Of a DNA stretch of 64,000 nucleotides, positions 17,879-35,162 are shown piece after piece; the stretch's first letter is position 1, and every line of letters begins with the position of its first letter. This stretch comes from Chloroflexota bacterium (GTDB taxonomy: Bacteria > Chloroflexota > UBA11872): the NCBI GenBank assembly GCA_034423235.1, contig DAOUIX010000034.1, positions 10,431 through 74,430 of the forward strand, read 5' to 3'. The translations under genes and the position numbers were made by a program. The notes below the pieces were generated by a model that did no database searches, was not told the DNA's origin, and worked only from the letters and a program-made list of their open reading frames with translations.

Positions 17879-20800
17879 ATGAGTTCAAACGGCACCACGT
17901 CGGGCATTGACGAGCGGTACTACGGGCGTGCATCGAGCATCCTGGAGATGCCGCACCTGGTCTCGACACAGTTGGAGTCGTTCGACCGGTTCAAGAACGA
18001 ATACCTGCCCGAACTGTTCGCTGAGATATCGCCGATCCAGGACTTCACCGGCAAGAACCTGGAACTGCACTTTGAGGTTCCGGACACGGCGTTCGACGAG
18101 CCCAAGTACAGCGAGGAAGCGTGCCGCGAACAGGACCGCACGTACCAGGCGCCGTTGCGCGTGAAGGCTCGCCTGCACAACAAGCAGACGGGCGAGATCA
18201 AGGAAATGGTCGTCTATATGGGCGACTTCCCACTGATGACGCGCCAGGGCACGTTTATCTACAACGGGGCCGAGCGCGTGGTGGTGAGTCAGCTGGTGCG
18301 CTCACCGGGCGTGTACTTTTCCGCCGAGAGCGACCCGGCGACCGGACGCCGGCGATTTGGGGCCAAGCTGATCCCGAAGCGCGGCGCCTGGATGGAGTTC
18401 GAGACCAGCAACCAGTCGATTGTGAACGTGAAGATCGACCGTAAACGAAAGCTGCCAGTCACGACGTTTCTGCGCGCGATCGAGCCGGAACTAAGCGAGG
18501 ACGCCGCACTCTTGCAAGCATTTGCCGACGTGGACTCCGATCCTGAAAACCGGTTCATCGAGTCGACGATTGGGGTGGGAGATAGCCGGAAGGACCTGGC
18601 GTTCAGCACCGAGGACGGACTGATTGAGCTTTATCACCGGTTGCGCCCGGGCGACCCGGCCACGGTGGACAACGCCCGATCGCTTATCGATCAGACGTTT
18701 TTCAACATTCGGCGCTATGACCTGAGCCCGGTCGGCCGCTACAAGCTGAACAAGCGCCTGGCGCTTGAGACTGACGAAGCGACCCGGACGCTACAGCCGG
18801 ACGATCTAGTGGCCATCGTGCGCGAGATCGTTCGCCTTAACGTCACGCAGGGCGTGCCCGACCACATCGATCACCTGGGCAACCGGCGTGTGCGTGCGGT
18901 TGGCGAGCTGCTGGCCGACCAGTTCCGCGTCGGGTTGCTGCGCATGGAGCGCGTGATCAAGGAGCGGATGAGCATTCAGAACGCGGCCGAGGCGACGCCA
19001 TCGGGGCTCATCAATACGCGCCCGGTGACCGCCGCGGTGAAGGAGTTCTTCGGCGGCAGCCAACTCTCGCAGTTCATGGACCAGGCCAACCCCATGGCCG
19101 AGCTGGCGCACAAGCGCCGGCTGAGCGCGATGGGCCCGGGCGGGCTGTCGCGCGAGCGCGCCGGATTTGACGTGCGCGACGTTCACTACAGCCACTACGG
19201 GCGGGTCTGCCCGATCGAGACCCCCGAGGGTCCGAACATCGGTCTGATCAACACGCTGGCCACGCTGGCGCGAGTGAACTCCTACGGATTTGTCGAAACG
19301 CCTTATCGACGCGTGATCACGCGCGTTCCGGCCACGGACGCCGATGGCCTGGTGGGGCGGACTTTGGCCGCGTCGGTACGGCCGGTCGGGGGCGGTGAGC
19401 CCCTTGGTGCGGCTGGCGACGTGATTGACGAGGCCCTGGCAGAAGCCATCGGCCAGATTGAGGGCGCCGAAGAACTCGACGTTCACGTTCGGCCGGTTGT
19501 GACAGGCGAGATCGAGTACCTGGCCGCGGACGAAGAGGAACGCCACATCATCGCGCAGGCCAAGACCGAATTGAACGACAGGTACGAAATCGCCATGGAT
19601 CGGGTCTCGGTCCGGAAGGGGCCGAACTTTTACGAGGCCGACGCGGGCGACGTGGAGTACCTGGACTCTTCGCCACAGCAGATTGTCAGCCTGGCTACGG
19701 CGATGATCCCGTTTCTTGAACACGACGACGCCAACCGAGCGCTGATGGGCGCCAACATGCAGCGTCAGGCGGTGCCATTGATCATGCCCGAGGCGCCGCT
19801 GGTGGCCACCGGCATGGAGCGTGCGAGCGCGCGGGACTCCGGCCACATGGTGCTGGCTGATGCCGATGGCGAGGTCACGCGGGTGACCTCGCGCGAGATC
19901 GTGGTCGACCAGGGCGAGGCCGGCGGCGAGCGGGTCTATCGTCTGCGCAAGTTCGACCGATCGAACACGGCAACCTGCATCAGCCAGCGGCCGGTGGTGG
20001 CGCGCGGCGACAAGGTCGCGGCGGGCCAGACGATCGCGGAGAGCATGGCGACGGCGGACGGCATGATTTCGCTGGGCCAGAACATCGTGGTTGCCTTCAT
20101 GTTCTGGGAAGGCGGGAACTACGAAGACGCCATTGTCGTGAGCGAGCGGCTGCTCAAGGACGACGTGTTTACGTCGATCCACATCGAGAAGTACGAGGTG
20201 GAGGCTCGGGACACGAAGCTGGGCGCCGAGGAGATCACGCGCGACATTCCCAATCAGAACGAAGAGGCGTTGCGAAACCTGGACGACACCGGCGTGGTCT
20301 ACGTCGGGGCGGAGGTCGGGCCGGACGACGTGCTGGTGGGCAAGATCACGCCGAAGGGCGAGACAGAGCTCTCGGGCGAGGACCGCCTCCTGCGCGCGAT
20401 CTTTGGTCGTGACGCCCGCGAAGTGAAGGACACCTCGAAGCACGTGCCGGCTGGCGAATCTGGCCGCGTGATCGACGTACGCCGATTCTCAGCCGAGGAC
20501 GGCGACGATCTTCAAGCGGGCGTGACGGAGATGATCCGGGTGAGCGTTGCGTCGAAGCGCAAGCTGATGGTGGGCGACAAGATGGCGGGCCGGCACGGCA
20601 ACAAGGGCGTGATCTCGATGATCCTGCCGCAAGAGGACATGCCGTACCTGGCGGACGGGACGCCGGTTGACATCATTCTCAATCCGCTGGGCGTGGCGTC
20701 GCGCATGAACGTGGGCCAAACGCTGGAGACGCACCTGGGTTGGGCCGCCGAGAAGCTTGGATTCCGCGCCGTTAGCCCGGTTTTCGACAGCGCGGACGAA

Positions 20801-21346
20801 GACGACATTGCGACTGTCCTGGAAGAAGCCGGGCTGCCCGCTGACGGCAAGGCCGTCTTGTATGACGGCCGCACCAGCGAGCCGTTTGACCAGGACGTGA
20901 CCGTTGGCGTCATTTACATGATGAAGCTCGGTCACATGGTGGACGACAAGATTCACGCCAGGTCGACCGGGCCCTACTCGCTGATCACCCAGCAGCCGCT
21001 GGGGGGCAAGGCCCAGATGGGCGGCCAACGCTTTGGCGAGATGGAGGTCTGGGCGCTGGAGGCCTACGGCGCCGCCCACACGCTGCAGGAGATGCTCACG
21101 GTCAAGTCCGACGACATTCTCGGTCGGGTCAAGACCTACGAAGCCATTGTGAAGGGCGAGACCGTCCTGGAGCCCGGCATTCCCGAGTCGTTCCGGGTGC
21201 TGGTGAAGGAGTTGCAGAGCCTTGGCGTCTCCGTGGACATTCTGGATGACGCCGAGGAGGAAATCGCGCTGGTTGGCGAACACATGCACGACCAGCTGCC
21301 CGACCTGGATGGCATCAACATTCAGGGCCGTGAATACCGCCTCTAG
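17879..21346 (+). CDS. rpoB: DNA-directed RNA polymerase subunit beta
   Basis: 1155 aa, all conserved beta regions. Start ATG 17879 with AGGAG SD; the track ORF begins earlier at 17819. Confidence 0.97.
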   Translation: MSSNGTTSGIDERYYGRASSILEMPHLVSTQLESFDRFKNEYLPELFAEISPIQDFTGKNLELHFEVPDTAFDEPKYSEEACREQDRTYQAPLRVKARLHNKQTGEIKEMVVYMGDFPLMTRQGTFIYNGAERVVVSQLVRSPGVYFSAESDPATGRRRFGAKLIPKRGAWMEFETSNQSIVNVKIDRKRKLPVTTFLRAIEPELSEDAALLQAFADVDSDPENRFIESTIGVGDSRKDLAFSTEDGLIELYHRLRPGDPATVDNARSLIDQTFFNIRRYDLSPVGRYKLNKRLALETDEATRTLQPDDLVAIVREIVRLNVTQGVPDHIDHLGNRRVRAVGELLADQFRVGLLRMERVIKERMSIQNAAEATPSGLINTRPVTAAVKEFFGGSQLSQFMDQANPMAELAHKRRLSAMGPGGLSRERAGFDVRDVHYSHYGRVCPIETPEGPNIGLINTLATLARVNSYGFVETPYRRVITRVPATDADGLVGRTLAASVRPVGGGEPLGAAGDVIDEALAEAIGQIEGAEELDVHVRPVVTGEIEYLAADEEERHIIAQAKTELNDRYEIAMDRVSVRKGPNFYEADAGDVEYLDSSPQQIVSLATAMIPFLEHDDANRALMGANMQRQAVPLIMPEAPLVATGMERASARDSGHMVLADADGEVTRVTSREIVVDQGEAGGERVYRLRKFDRSNTATCISQRPVVARGDKVAAGQTIAESMATADGMISLGQNIVVAFMFWEGGNYEDAIVVSERLLKDDVFTSIHIEKYEVEARDTKLGAEEITRDIPNQNEEALRNLDDTGVVYVGAEVGPDDVLVGKITPKGETELSGEDRLLRAIFGRDAREVKDTSKHVPAGESGRVIDVRRFSAEDGDDLQAGVTEMIRVSVASKRKLMVGDKMAGRHGNKGVISMILPQEDMPYLADGTPVDIILNPLGVASRMNVGQTLETHLGWAAEKLGFRAVSPVFDSADEDDIATVLEEAGLPADGKAVLYDGRTSEPFDQDVTVGVIYMMKLGHMVDDKIHARSTGPYSLITQQPLGGKAQMGGQRFGEMEVWALEAYGAAHTLQEMLTVKSDDILGRVKTYEAIVKGETVLEPGIPESFRVLVKELQSLGVSVDILDDAEEEIALVGEHMHDQLPDLDGINIQGREYRL

Positions 21347-21360
21347 GAGGACCCGAACGA

Positions 21361-26004
<4,644 letters not shown>

Positions 26005-26077
26005 TAGCCTTTGGATCAGCGCGGATGGCTTGTCTGCCGCCGCGTGTTTTGTGTGTAAGGGTTCCGTAGGTCACGAC

Positions 26078-26491
26078 GTGCCAACCATCAATCAACTCGT
26101 TCGCAAGGGACGAAAGCAGCGCCGCGGCAAGCTGAAGGCGCCCGCGCTGCACTTTTCGTACAACGGGTTGCGTCGGCGCATGCAGCGTGGCGAGGGCTCG
26201 CCGCAAAAGCGCGGCGTTTGCACGCTGGTGCGGACGGTTACCCCGAAGAAGCCCAACTCGGCGCTGCGCAAGGTGGCGCGCGTGCGGCTTTCGAACGGCA
26301 TTGAAGTCACCGCATACATTCCGGGCGAGGGGCACCGGCTGCAGGAGCACTCGGTGGTTCTTATTCGTGGCGGCCGCGTACGTGATCTGCCAGGCGTGCG
26401 CTACCACATCGTGCGAGGAACCCTGGACGCCGATGGCGTTGAAGGCCGTCGGCGCAGCCGGTCGAAGTACGGCGCGAAGCGCGGCAGCTAG
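26078..26491 (+). CDS. rpsL: 30S ribosomal protein S12
   Basis: GTG start ([12 protein letters not shown]), [18 protein letters not shown] motifs. Contains a roughly 15-aa insertion. Confidence 0.9.
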   Translation: MPTINQLVRKGRKQRRGKLKAPALHFSYNGLRRRMQRGEGSPQKRGVCTLVRTVTPKKPNSALRKVARVRLSNGIEVTAYIPGEGHRLQEHSVVLIRGGRVRDLPGVRYHIVRGTLDADGVEGRRRSRSKYGAKRGS

Positions 26492-26563
26492 GGGCAGGGG
26501 AACGGCCGTACCTCCGATGACGTTGACCCCCAGCACCGCCGGCGCGCGGGTGCGCAGGACCTG

Positions 26564-27034
26564 ATGCCGCGCCGCAAGCGTCCGGAGCGCCGCGTGATTC
26601 CGCCTGACCCGCGGTTTAACAACCGTACGGTTCAGCGGTTCATCAACAAGGTCATGCTCAATGGCAAGAAGTCGCTTTCTCAGCGGATTGTCTACAGCGC
26701 CTTTGACATCATCGAGGGCCGTACTGGCGCACCGGCCATCGATGTGTTCGAGGCGGCTGTACGAAACGCCATGCCCCAAATTGAAGTCAAGCCGCGGCGA
26801 GTCGGCGGCGCCAACTACCAGGTTCCCGTCGAGATCCGGGGAGACCGGCGATACTCGCTGGCGGTGCGCTGGCTGATTGACGCCTCTCGCAACCGCGGCG
26901 GCCGATCGATGCCGGAACGCCTGGCGGCCGAGTTGATGGAAGCTGCCGACGGCCAGGGCGGAGCGGTTCGCCGTCGCGACGAGATGCATCGGATGGCGGA
27001 AGCGAACCGAGCGTTCGCGATCTACGCGTATTAG
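26564..27034 (+). CDS. rpsG: 30S ribosomal protein S7
   Basis: 156 aa. Classic S7 sequence (MPRR..., VEIRGDRRYSLAVRWL). Confidence 0.95.
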   Translation: MPRRKRPERRVIPPDPRFNNRTVQRFINKVMLNGKKSLSQRIVYSAFDIIEGRTGAPAIDVFEAAVRNAMPQIEVKPRRVGGANYQVPVEIRGDRRYSLAVRWLIDASRNRGGRSMPERLAAELMEAADGQGGAVRRRDEMHRMAEANRAFAIYAY

Positions 27035-27058
27035 TCCCACCTTACGGATTCGCTGGAC

Positions 27059-29140
27059 ATGAAGCCCATGAACACCCTGGATATTTCGCGTACGCGCAAC
27101 ATCGGGATCATTGCGCACATCGACGCCGGCAAGACCACCACGACCGAGCGCATTCTGTTCTTCTGCGGGCGCATTCATCGCGTTGGCGAAGTCCACGAAG
27201 GCAATGCGCAGATGGACTGGATGGCACAGGAGCGCGAGCGCGGCATCACGATCGTGGCCGCCGCCACCACGGCATCGTGGAACGAACACCGCATCAACAT
27301 CATCGATACGCCCGGTCATGTTGACTTCACGGCCGAAGTTGAGCGTTCGCTGCGTGTTCTGGACGGTGGCGTGGTGGTGTTTGACGCGGTGAACGGCGTG
27401 GAGCCGCAGTCTGAGACAGTCTGGCGTCAGGCCGACCGATATAGCGTTCCGCGGGTCGCCTTCATCAATAAGATGGATCGGCGCGGTTCGGATTTTGACG
27501 CAACGGTTGAGTCCATCCGCGAGCGCCTTGGCGCGAATCCCGTCCCTATCCAGATTCCGATCGGCTTTGAAGTCGACTTCGAGGGGGTCGTTGACCTGGT
27601 GCAGATGCAGGCTATCCGCTGGCCGGCGGACGGTCTGGCACCCCCCGAGCAAGGGCCTATCCCGGCCGAGCTTGAAGAAGCTGCGCTGGATGCACGCGAG
27701 CGGATGATCGAAGCGCTGGCGGAGCTGGATGACGACATTGCGGTGAAATACCTCGACGGCGAAGACCTGACCGTTACCGAGCTGACGTCGGCACTGCGGG
27801 AGATGGCCGTTTCGGCACAGGGGGTGCCGGTGCTCATGGGCTCGGCGCTGCGCAACAAGGGCATCGAGCCGCTGCTCGACGCGATTACGGCTTACCTGCC
27901 CTCGCCGCTGGACGTGCCTCCGGTGACGGGCATCAATCCCAAGTCGGGATCGGAAGAACAGCGGCGGCCGGCGGAGGACGACCCGTTTACAGCCATCGCC
28001 TTCAAGATCGTGGCGGATCCGCATGCTGGCAAGCTGGCGTATTTTCGGGTGTACTCGGGCGCGATTGAGCCTGGCGCGACCGTGCTCAACACCACCGCCG
28101 GCAAACGCGAGCGCCTGTCGCGGGTGTTGCGTATGCACGCCGACAAACGAGAAGAAGTGACGGAGACCATTCGCTACGGCGACATTCTGGCGGCCGTCGG
28201 CGTGCGCGCGACTAACACGGGCGACACGCTGACGGATCCCAAGTATCCGCTGCAGTTGGAGTCGATTTCGTTCCCGGAGCCGGTGGTGACCATCGCGATC
28301 GAGCCGAAGAGCCGGGGCGACCAGGACAAGATCATCGACGCGCTGCGGCGACTTGGCGAAGAGGATCCCACGTTTCGCATCAGCGCGAACGAGGAAACCG
28401 GCCAGACCCTGATTGCCGGCATGGGTGAGTTGCACCTTGAGGTGATTGTGGACCGGCTGCTGCGCGAATACCGTGTGGGTGCGAACATCGGCCGTCCGCA
28501 AGTTTCGTACCGCGAGCGGCCACGCAGGGAATCCACCGGTCGGGGGCGGTTCGTTCGTCAAACCGGCGGTCGCGGCCAGTATGGCGATGTGACCGTTGAG
28601 TTGGAGCCGCTGCCCCTGGGCACGGGTGTCCAGATCGAGCGCCGCATTGTTGGTGGCGCGATCCCGACGCAGTTTGTTCCGGCCGCCGAGCGCGGCGCGG
28701 CGCGGCGCCTGACGAGCGGTCCCCAGGGGTTGGAAGTCACCGACATTCGCATCACGCTGGTGGACGGGTCGTACCACGAGGTCGACTCGTCGGAGTTAGC
28801 ATTCGAAATCGCCGGCGCCATGGCGGTTGAGGATGCCCTGAACCGAGCGCGAACCGACGTGATGGAGCCGATTATGGGCGTTCAGGTTGTTGTCCCCGAG
28901 GACTACGTTGGGGACACGCTGGCCGGCCTGGCCGCCAAGCGAGGGACGATCCACGGCGCGGATATGCGGAGCGGATCGCACATCCTCACGGCGGAGGTAC
29001 CGCTCGCGACAATGTTCGGGTACGCTAACGAGTTGCGTTCGGCGACACAGGGTCGCGGAACATTCTCAATGGAATTCTCCCACTACGCGGTGACCCAACG
29101 AGCGGGCACCGCGGATGGATTGCTGACGCCGGTTTCTTAA
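27059..29140 (+). CDS. fusA: Elongation factor G
   Basis: 693 aa. G-domain [24 protein letters not shown] domains II-V. Confidence 0.97.
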   Translation: MKPMNTLDISRTRNIGIIAHIDAGKTTTTERILFFCGRIHRVGEVHEGNAQMDWMAQERERGITIVAAATTASWNEHRINIIDTPGHVDFTAEVERSLRVLDGGVVVFDAVNGVEPQSETVWRQADRYSVPRVAFINKMDRRGSDFDATVESIRERLGANPVPIQIPIGFEVDFEGVVDLVQMQAIRWPADGLAPPEQGPIPAELEEAALDARERMIEALAELDDDIAVKYLDGEDLTVTELTSALREMAVSAQGVPVLMGSALRNKGIEPLLDAITAYLPSPLDVPPVTGINPKSGSEEQRRPAEDDPFTAIAFKIVADPHAGKLAYFRVYSGAIEPGATVLNTTAGKRERLSRVLRMHADKREEVTETIRYGDILAAVGVRATNTGDTLTDPKYPLQLESISFPEPVVTIAIEPKSRGDQDKIIDALRRLGEEDPTFRISANEETGQTLIAGMGELHLEVIVDRLLREYRVGANIGRPQVSYRERPRRESTGRGRFVRQTGGRGQYGDVTVELEPLPLGTGVQIERRIVGGAIPTQFVPAAERGAARRLTSGPQGLEVTDIRITLVDGSYHEVDSSELAFEIAGAMAVEDALNRARTDVMEPIMGVQVVVPEDYVGDTLAGLAAKRGTIHGADMRSGSHILTAEVPLATMFGYANELRSATQGRGTFSMEFSHYAVTQRAGTADGLLTPVS

Positions 29141-29169
29141 CCGCCCACTGCGCAGGAGCACAGGAGCGA

Positions 29170-30372
29170 ATGGCACGCCAACACTTCGAACGAACCAAGC
29201 CGCACGTAAACGTCGGCACGATCGGACATGTCGACCACGGCAAGACGACGCTGACCGCCGCCATCACGAAGGTCCTTTCGTACAAGCAGCTGGCCGACTT
29301 CATGGCCTTTGATGAAATTGACCGCGCGCCCGAGGAAAAGGAGCGCGGCATCACGATTTCCATCACGCACGCCGAGTACGAGACCGAAAGCCGGCATTAC
29401 GCGCACATCGACGCTCCAGGCCACCGCGACTACATCAAGAACATGATCACCGGCGCGGCGCAGATGGATGGCGCCATCCTGGTGGTAGGCGCGGACGATG
29501 GACCAATGCCGCAGACCTACGAGCACGTGCTGCTGGCTCGCCAGGTGGACGTGCCGGCGATCGTGGTCTTCCTCAACAAGGCTGACATCGTCGAGGACGA
29601 GGAACTGCTGGAGCTGGTCGAGCTTGAATTGCGCGACCTGCTCAACAAGTACAACTTCGACGGTGACGACGCGCCGATCATTCCAGGCAGCGCGCTGCTG
29701 GCGCTGGAGTCCGAGAGCACCGACCTGGATGCTCCGGAATTCCAGCCGATCCTTGAACTGATGGAGGCGGTTGACACGTACATCCCGCAGCCCGAGCGTC
29801 CGGTTGACCAGCCGTTCCTGATGCCCGTGGAAGATGTGTTTGGCATCAAGGGACGTGGAACGGTTGTGACCGGCCGCGTGGAACGCGGAAAGGTGCGGGT
29901 GGGCGAGCAAATTGACATCGTAGGCATGCGCGACGAGATCGATCAGCGCGTGGTTACCGGTGTGGAGATGTTCCGCAAGACCCTGGATGAGGGCGTAGCC
30001 GGCGACAACGTGGGTTGCCTGCTGCGGGGTATCGAGCGCGACGAAGTCGAGCGCGGGATGGTGCTGGCACAGACTGGTTCAATCACGCCGCACACCGAGT
30101 TCATGGCGCAGGTGTACGTGCTGACGCGTGACGAGGGCGGGCGCCACACGCCGTTCTTCAGCGGCTACCGTCCGCAGTTCTACATCCGCACCACCGACGT
30201 AACCGGCGAGATTGAACTGCCCGCGGGCACGGAAATGGTCGTGCCCGGCGACAACGTGGAAATGACCGTTCGTCTGCACCAGCCGATTGCGCTGGAAGAC
30301 GGCGTCAACTTCGCCATTCGCGAAGGCGGCGTTACGGTTGGCGCGGGCGTCGTGACGAGCATCCTCAAGTAA
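29170..30372 (+). CDS. tuf: Elongation factor Tu
   Basis: 400 aa. [18 protein letters not shown] motifs. C-terminal beta-barrels. Confidence 0.97.
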   Translation: MARQHFERTKPHVNVGTIGHVDHGKTTLTAAITKVLSYKQLADFMAFDEIDRAPEEKERGITISITHAEYETESRHYAHIDAPGHRDYIKNMITGAAQMDGAILVVGADDGPMPQTYEHVLLARQVDVPAIVVFLNKADIVEDEELLELVELELRDLLNKYNFDGDDAPIIPGSALLALESESTDLDAPEFQPILELMEAVDTYIPQPERPVDQPFLMPVEDVFGIKGRGTVVTGRVERGKVRVGEQIDIVGMRDEIDQRVVTGVEMFRKTLDEGVAGDNVGCLLRGIERDEVERGMVLAQTGSITPHTEFMAQVYVLTRDEGGRHTPFFSGYRPQFYIRTTDVTGEIELPAGTEMVVPGDNVEMTVRLHQPIALEDGVNFAIREGGVTVGAGVVTSILK

Positions 30373-30375
30373 CCC

Positions 30376-30768
30376 ATGGCACAAGCGCGCGCCCGTCCGT
30401 CACGTCCGGCTGCGGTGGAAGCCGCCGCACGGCGCGCACCTGCCCGACCGCGCCGGCAGTCGCCAACACAGCGCATACGGATTCGCTTGAAGGCGTACGA
30501 CCACCGTGTGCTGGATGACGCCGCCCGACGCATCATCGATACGGCCGGCCGGACAGGGGCGGATGTGCGAGGTCCGATTCCACTGCCTACCGAGCGCAAG
30601 ACATGGACGGTGATTCGGTCGCCATTCATCGACAAGGACTCGCGCGAACAGTTTGAAATGCGGACGCACAAGCGGCTGATCGACGTGATCGATCCGACAC
30701 CGCAGACTATGGACGAACTGCTGCGGCTGCAGTTGGCGGCCGGTGTCGATATCGAGTTGAAGTCATAG
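30376..30768 (+). CDS. rpsJ: 30S ribosomal protein S10 with a roughly 28-aa Ala/Arg-rich N-terminal extension
   Basis: Core [11 protein letters not shown]...[18 protein letters not shown] is S10. The only in-frame start upstream of the core is ATG 30376, 4 nt after the tuf stop. Confidence 0.85.
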   Translation: MAQARARPSRPAAVEAAARRAPARPRRQSPTQRIRIRLKAYDHRVLDDAARRIIDTAGRTGADVRGPIPLPTERKTWTVIRSPFIDKDSREQFEMRTHKRLIDVIDPTPQTMDELLRLQLAAGVDIELKS

Positions 30769-30770
30769 GC

Positions 30771-31412
30771 ATGTCAGTTGGACTGATTGGCCGCAAACTC
30801 GGCATGACGCAGATTTTCGACGACGAGGGACGCGCCTTGGGCGTGTCGGTAATCCAGGCCGGCCCGTGCCACGTGACGCAGGTTCGTCACGAGGCGACCG
30901 ACGGCTATTCCGCCGTGCAACTCGGATTTGACCAGGTGGCCGAACGCCGGCTCACACGGCCCGAGCGGGGTCACCTCGGTCGATTGCCGTCCTATCGAGT
31001 TCTTCGCGAATTTCGAACGGATGATGCCGCCGGTCTGTCCGTGGGCGACGAACTGACGGTTGCCAACGTGGACCTTGGCTCCAAGGTGGACGTGATCAGC
31101 ACGACCAAGGGCAAGGGCTTTGCGGGCGTGATGAAGCGTCATGGCTTCCGAGGGGGCAAGCGAACTCACGGGCAGTCGGACCGCGAACGGGCCCCAGGAT
31201 CGATTGGGGCCGGCACGTCGCCCAGCCGCGTATTCAAGGGTACGCGCATGGCGGGCCGAATGGGTGGCGGCCGAGCGACCGCCCGCAACCTGCGCGTGGC
31301 CAAGGTGGACGTTGACCGCGGCCTGGTGCTGGTGGTTGGGGCCGTGCCTGGGACTCGTGACACGATCGTCGCGCTGCGGCCGGTTCGTCGGTCGGGCCGG
31401 AGGTCGGATTGA
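30771..31412 (+). CDS. rplC: 50S ribosomal protein L3
   Basis: [23 protein letters not shown] motifs. Confidence 0.95.
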   Translation: MSVGLIGRKLGMTQIFDDEGRALGVSVIQAGPCHVTQVRHEATDGYSAVQLGFDQVAERRLTRPERGHLGRLPSYRVLREFRTDDAAGLSVGDELTVANVDLGSKVDVISTTKGKGFAGVMKRHGFRGGKRTHGQSDRERAPGSIGAGTSPSRVFKGTRMAGRMGGGRATARNLRVAKVDVDRGLVLVVGAVPGTRDTIVALRPVRRSGRRSD

Positions 31413-32023
31413 TGGCCGAGAGTTCCCCGGCGACGGGCGCGTTGACGCTTGTCGACAGCGACAGGTTTGGCGCCGCCGAGGCCTCGACAGAGCTGCTGAA
31501 GCGCATGCTGACCGCGCACGCGACCAACCAGCGCCAGGGCACGGCGAACACGAAGAGTCGCGGCGAGGTTGTCGCCAGCAAAGCCAAACTGTACCGGCAG
31601 AAGTCGACTGGCCGCGCACGGGCCGGTAGCGCCAGTTCGCCAATCCGCCGTGGTGGTGGTGTCACGTTTGGCCCCAAGCCGCGCCGGACTCGCATGCCGG
31701 TGAACAAGCGCGAGCGCCGCCAGGCGGTTCGCGCCCTGCTGGCCGCAAAGGCCGCTGATCAGTGCATCAGCGTGGTTGCATCGTGGGGTGACTCGCCCAA
31801 AACGCGCGACCGTGCGGCATGGTTGGATGCGGCCGGTCTATCGGGACGTGTGCTCCTGGTTGACACGAATCCCCCCGAAGAGTTGCGTCGCTCCGCTCGC
31901 AACATCCCCAGCGTGGACGTGGAGCGCGCCGATACGGTGAATTTCTATGCCATCGCCGTTGCCGATCACATCGTCGCCAGCCTGGCGGCTTTGGATGAGT
32001 TGCAGAAGCGGGTCGGCGCATGA
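31412..32023 (+). CDS. rplD: 50S ribosomal protein L4
   Basis: ATG 31412 in a TGATG overlap with rplC. KSTGRARAGS...GGGVTFGPKP motifs. Confidence 0.93.
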   Translation: MAESSPATGALTLVDSDRFGAAEASTELLKRMLTAHATNQRQGTANTKSRGEVVASKAKLYRQKSTGRARAGSASSPIRRGGGVTFGPKPRRTRMPVNKRERRQAVRALLAAKAADQCISVVASWGDSPKTRDRAAWLDAAGLSGRVLLVDTNPPEELRRSARNIPSVDVERADTVNFYAIAVADHIVASLAALDELQKRVGA

Positions 32024-32304
32024 ATCCGGCCGACGTAATTACACGACCCATCGTGACGGAAAAATCGACGGCCCTCGGCGAGTTGGGCAAATACGTTTTC
32101 CAAGTTCGAGCCGATGCATCCAAGCACACGATCCGGCGTGCGGTGGAAGCCATGTTTCACGTCGAAGTAGCGTCGGTGAACGTGATGAACGTACGCGGCA
32201 AGCCGCGGCGCATGGGACGATTTGAGGGTCACCGGTCCAGTTGGCGCAAGGCCGTGGTCACGCTCCGCGAGGGGCACAGCATTGAAGTGGTTCCGGGGGT
32301 CTAG
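32020..32304 (+). CDS. rplW: 50S ribosomal protein L23
   Basis: 94 aa. ITRPIVTEKS, FQV...ASKHTIRRAVE. Confidence 0.93.
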   Translation: MNPADVITRPIVTEKSTALGELGKYVFQVRADASKHTIRRAVEAMFHVEVASVNVMNVRGKPRRMGRFEGHRSSWRKAVVTLREGHSIEVVPGV

Positions 32305-32307
32305 GCG

Positions 32308-33138
32308 ATGGGGCTCCGTAACTTCAATCCAACGTCGCCGGGCCGTCGCGGCTATGTGGCCGTCGATAACGCCGAGCTGTCGGGCGACCGGCCGCTGAAG
32401 AAGCTCCTGCGCCCTCTGACCAGGCGAGCCGGGCGCAACAACACGGGGCGAGTGACGGTGCGGCACCGTGGCGGCGGCGCAAAGCGGCGTTACCGGGTGA
32501 TTGACTGGCGACGCGACAAGCCGGGCGTTCCGGCGGTGGTGGCCAGCGTGGAATACGACCCCAACCGTTCAGCCCACATTGCCCTGCTGCATTACCGGGA
32601 CGGCGACAAGCGGTACATCCTGGCGCCGGTTGGGATCGGGGTGGGCAGCGAGCTTGTTTCCGGCCCGAGTGTTGAGCCTCGGCCGGGCAATGCCATGCAG
32701 TTGGCTCGGATTCCGGCCGGCACTGAAGTGCATGCCGTGGAGTTGACTCCCGGACGCGGCGCTCAGTTGGTGCGATCCGCCGGCATGGTTTGTCAGTTGA
32801 TGGCCAAGGACCGCGGTATGGCAACCCTGCGACTGCCTTCGGGCGAGACGCGGCAAGTTGCCGACACGTGCATGGCGACGGTCGGTCGCGTTGGCAATGT
32901 CGACCACAGCAACCAGGCGGCAGGGAAGGCCGGACGCATTCGCTGGCGCCGTCGACGGCCACAGGTTCGCGGCGCCGCCATGAATCCGCATGACCATCCT
33001 CACGGCGGCGGCGAAGGTAAGGCGCCGGTGGGAATGCCGGGTCCGAAGACGCCCTGGGGCAAGCCGACCCAAGGACGGCGGACTCGTGTTGGTCGGCGCC
33101 CCAGCGACCGCTTTATCGTGCGACGACGGAATAGGTAG
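32308..33138 (+). CDS. rplB: 50S ribosomal protein L2
   Basis: 276 aa. [13 protein letters not shown] motif. Confidence 0.97.
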   Translation: MGLRNFNPTSPGRRGYVAVDNAELSGDRPLKKLLRPLTRRAGRNNTGRVTVRHRGGGAKRRYRVIDWRRDKPGVPAVVASVEYDPNRSAHIALLHYRDGDKRYILAPVGIGVGSELVSGPSVEPRPGNAMQLARIPAGTEVHAVELTPGRGAQLVRSAGMVCQLMAKDRGMATLRLPSGETRQVADTCMATVGRVGNVDHSNQAAGKAGRIRWRRRRPQVRGAAMNPHDHPHGGGEGKAPVGMPGPKTPWGKPTQGRRTRVGRRPSDRFIVRRRNR

Positions 33139-33144
33139 GGCGGC

Positions 33145-33429
33145 ATGTCACGGAGCACCAAGAAGGGTTGGTACATCCATCCCAAGCTCGAGAAGCGGGT
33201 TGCCGAGGCTTCGCGAAGCCGACGCAAGCAAGTTATCCGCACCTGGAGCCGAGCCAGCGTGATTCACCCCGAAATGGTGGGGCTGACCATCGCCGTTCAT
33301 GATGGGCGGCGTCATGTGCCGGTCTATGTTTCCGAAAACATGGTGGGGCATCGCCTGGGCGAATTTGCGCCGACCCGCACGTTTCGCAGCCATGCGCGCG
33401 GACGTGCCACCGCGCCGATGGGACGCTAG
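33145..33429 (+). CDS. rpsS: 30S ribosomal protein S19
   Basis: [26 protein letters not shown]. Confidence 0.95.
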   Translation: MSRSTKKGWYIHPKLEKRVAEASRSRRKQVIRTWSRASVIHPEMVGLTIAVHDGRRHVPVYVSENMVGHRLGEFAPTRTFRSHARGRATAPMGR

Positions 33430-33432
33430 GGC

Positions 33433-33771
33433 ATGGAAGTTTCGGCCACCGCCAGGTACGTGCGTATGTCCCCGCAGCGCGGGCGAGCCATTGCGCGCGA
33501 GCTTTCCGGGCTGGAAATCGACGAAGCTATGGCTACGCTGGCGTTCATGCCAAACCGCGCCGCGGCCGCGATAGCCAAGGTCGTCAAGTCGGCCGCCGCC
33601 AATGCCGAGCATAACTTCGCCCTTGACCGAGACGCCCTGCGGATTCGGACGATCGTGGTGGACGACGGGCCGTCGCTGCGGCGCTTCCGGCCCAGGTCAC
33701 GAGGGCGTGTGGGTATGTATCTGAAGCGATCCGGTCACATCAGGGTGACCGTTGAAGACGGAATGGGGTAG
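33433..33771 (+). CDS. rplV: 50S ribosomal protein L22
   Basis: 112 aa. ARYVRMSPQRGRAIAREL..., L22 fold motifs. Confidence 0.93.
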   Translation: MEVSATARYVRMSPQRGRAIARELSGLEIDEAMATLAFMPNRAAAAIAKVVKSAAANAEHNFALDRDALRIRTIVVDDGPSLRRFRPRSRGRVGMYLKRSGHIRVTVEDGMG

Positions 33772-33773
33772 GC

Positions 33774-34523
33774 ATGGGACGCAAGGTTCATCCCATTGGC
33801 TACCGGCTCGGCTACACCACCCGCTGGGAAAGCACGTGGTACGCGGATCGTGACTACACGGAACTGCTGCTCGAGGATCTGTCCATCCGGAACCTGGTGC
33901 GTAGCTATCTCGAGACGCCCAACGGCCGCAATACCGCGCGCCGCGGCGGTCGCCGGCGCGGCGGCTACGGCGCCGGGGTGTCCAAGATCGAGATCGAGCG
34001 TCAGGTCAGCCAGGTGCGCGTAGTGATACATACCGCGCGACCGGGCATCGTGATCGGACGCGGCGGCAGCAATCGCGAGGAGATCCAGAACCGCATCGAG
34101 CGGCACACGGGAAAGCGTGTGGTTGTGGATGTGGAAGAGATCGCCCAGCCTGAACTGGACGCCTTCCTGGTCGTTCGCAATGTGGCTGACCAGCTTGAGC
34201 GGCGGGTCTCTTTCCGCCGGGCCATCAAGATGACGGCGGAGCGAACGATGCGGGCCGGCGCACAGGGCGTGAAGATCATGGTGAGCGGGCGCCTGGGCGG
34301 CCGGGAGATGTCGCGCAGTGAATTCGAACTGCTCGGTACCGTGCCTCTGCAGACCCTGGACGCGGACATCGACTACGGTTTTGTTGAGGCGCGCACCACT
34401 GCTGGGCGTATCGGAGTGAAGGGCTGGGTTCACCGCGGTACCGCACGGGATGCCGCCGAGTTACTGGCTCAGCCGGTGTCCCGGCCGGTTGCCGGCCGAC
34501 GCCGTCGGCTGCCGCGAGGTTAA
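33774..34523 (+). CDS. rpsC: 30S ribosomal protein S3
   Basis: [15 protein letters not shown]..., KH domain, C-terminal Arg-rich tail. Confidence 0.95.
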   Translation: MGRKVHPIGYRLGYTTRWESTWYADRDYTELLLEDLSIRNLVRSYLETPNGRNTARRGGRRRGGYGAGVSKIEIERQVSQVRVVIHTARPGIVIGRGGSNREEIQNRIERHTGKRVVVDVEEIAQPELDAFLVVRNVADQLERRVSFRRAIKMTAERTMRAGAQGVKIMVSGRLGGREMSRSEFELLGTVPLQTLDADIDYGFVEARTTAGRIGVKGWVHRGTARDAAELLAQPVSRPVAGRRRRLPRG

Positions 34524-34525
34524 TC

Positions 34526-34951
34526 ATGTTGATGCCCAAGCGAACGAAGTTCCGCAAGATGCACCGCGGCCGTCGGCGTGGTCGGGCCGCGCGCGGCAAC
34601 TCACTCGTCTCCGGCGAGTTCGGCTTGCAGGCCACAACCGTGGGTTGGGTTGACAGTCGAGAGATCGAGGCGGCCCGCCGGGCGATCACGCACGCTGTGC
34701 GTCGCAGCGGGCAGCTTTGGATTCGTATCTTCCCCGACAAGCCTGTCACGCAGAAGCCTGCCGAGGTGCGGATGGGCAGCGGAAAAGGCAACGTCGAACG
34801 ATGGGTGGCGGTTGTCAAGCCGGGGCGTATCCTGTTCGAACTGGCCGGTGTGGAAGAAGACATGGCACGGGAGGCGATGCGGCTGGCGTCGCACAAGCTC
34901 TCCGTGCAGACCCGCGTCGTTGCGCGATCCGCGGAGGTTGCCGTTGGGTAA
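34526..34951 (+). CDS. rplP: 50S ribosomal protein L16
   Basis: [16 protein letters not shown]..., 141 aa. Confidence 0.95.
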   Translation: MLMPKRTKFRKMHRGRRRGRAARGNSLVSGEFGLQATTVGWVDSREIEAARRAITHAVRRSGQLWIRIFPDKPVTQKPAEVRMGSGKGNVERWVAVVKPGRILFELAGVEEDMAREAMRLASHKLSVQTRVVARSAEVAVG

Positions 34952-35159
34952 GGCTGACCAGTTCCGCGACCTGAGCGATGAGGAGTTGGCCACGCGGGTT
35001 ACGGAAGCCAAGGAAGAACTCTTTCGCTTGCGTGTCCAGCACGCGACGTTGCAGTTGGCCGATACGTCGCAGTTGCGTCACGTGCGTCGTGACATCGCCC
35101 GAATGCTGACTGTGCAGCGTGAACGCGCGCTGTCGCCGTACGAGGCGGGGGAGGTCTAA
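34944..35159 (+). CDS. rpmC: 50S ribosomal protein L29
   Basis: TTG 34944 start, GGAGG 6 nt upstream, overlaps the rplP stop. [29 protein letters not shown] is typical of L29. Absent from the ORF track as a separate ORF. Confidence 0.85.
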   Translation: MGKADQFRDLSDEELATRVTEAKEELFRLRVQHATLQLADTSQLRHVRRDIARMLTVQRERALSPYEAGEV

Positions 35160-35162
35160 GCC

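Noticed and set aside
18806-20443. 545-aa minus-strand ORF inside rpoB
   Set aside because: Antisense to an unambiguous rpoB. Shadow ORF.
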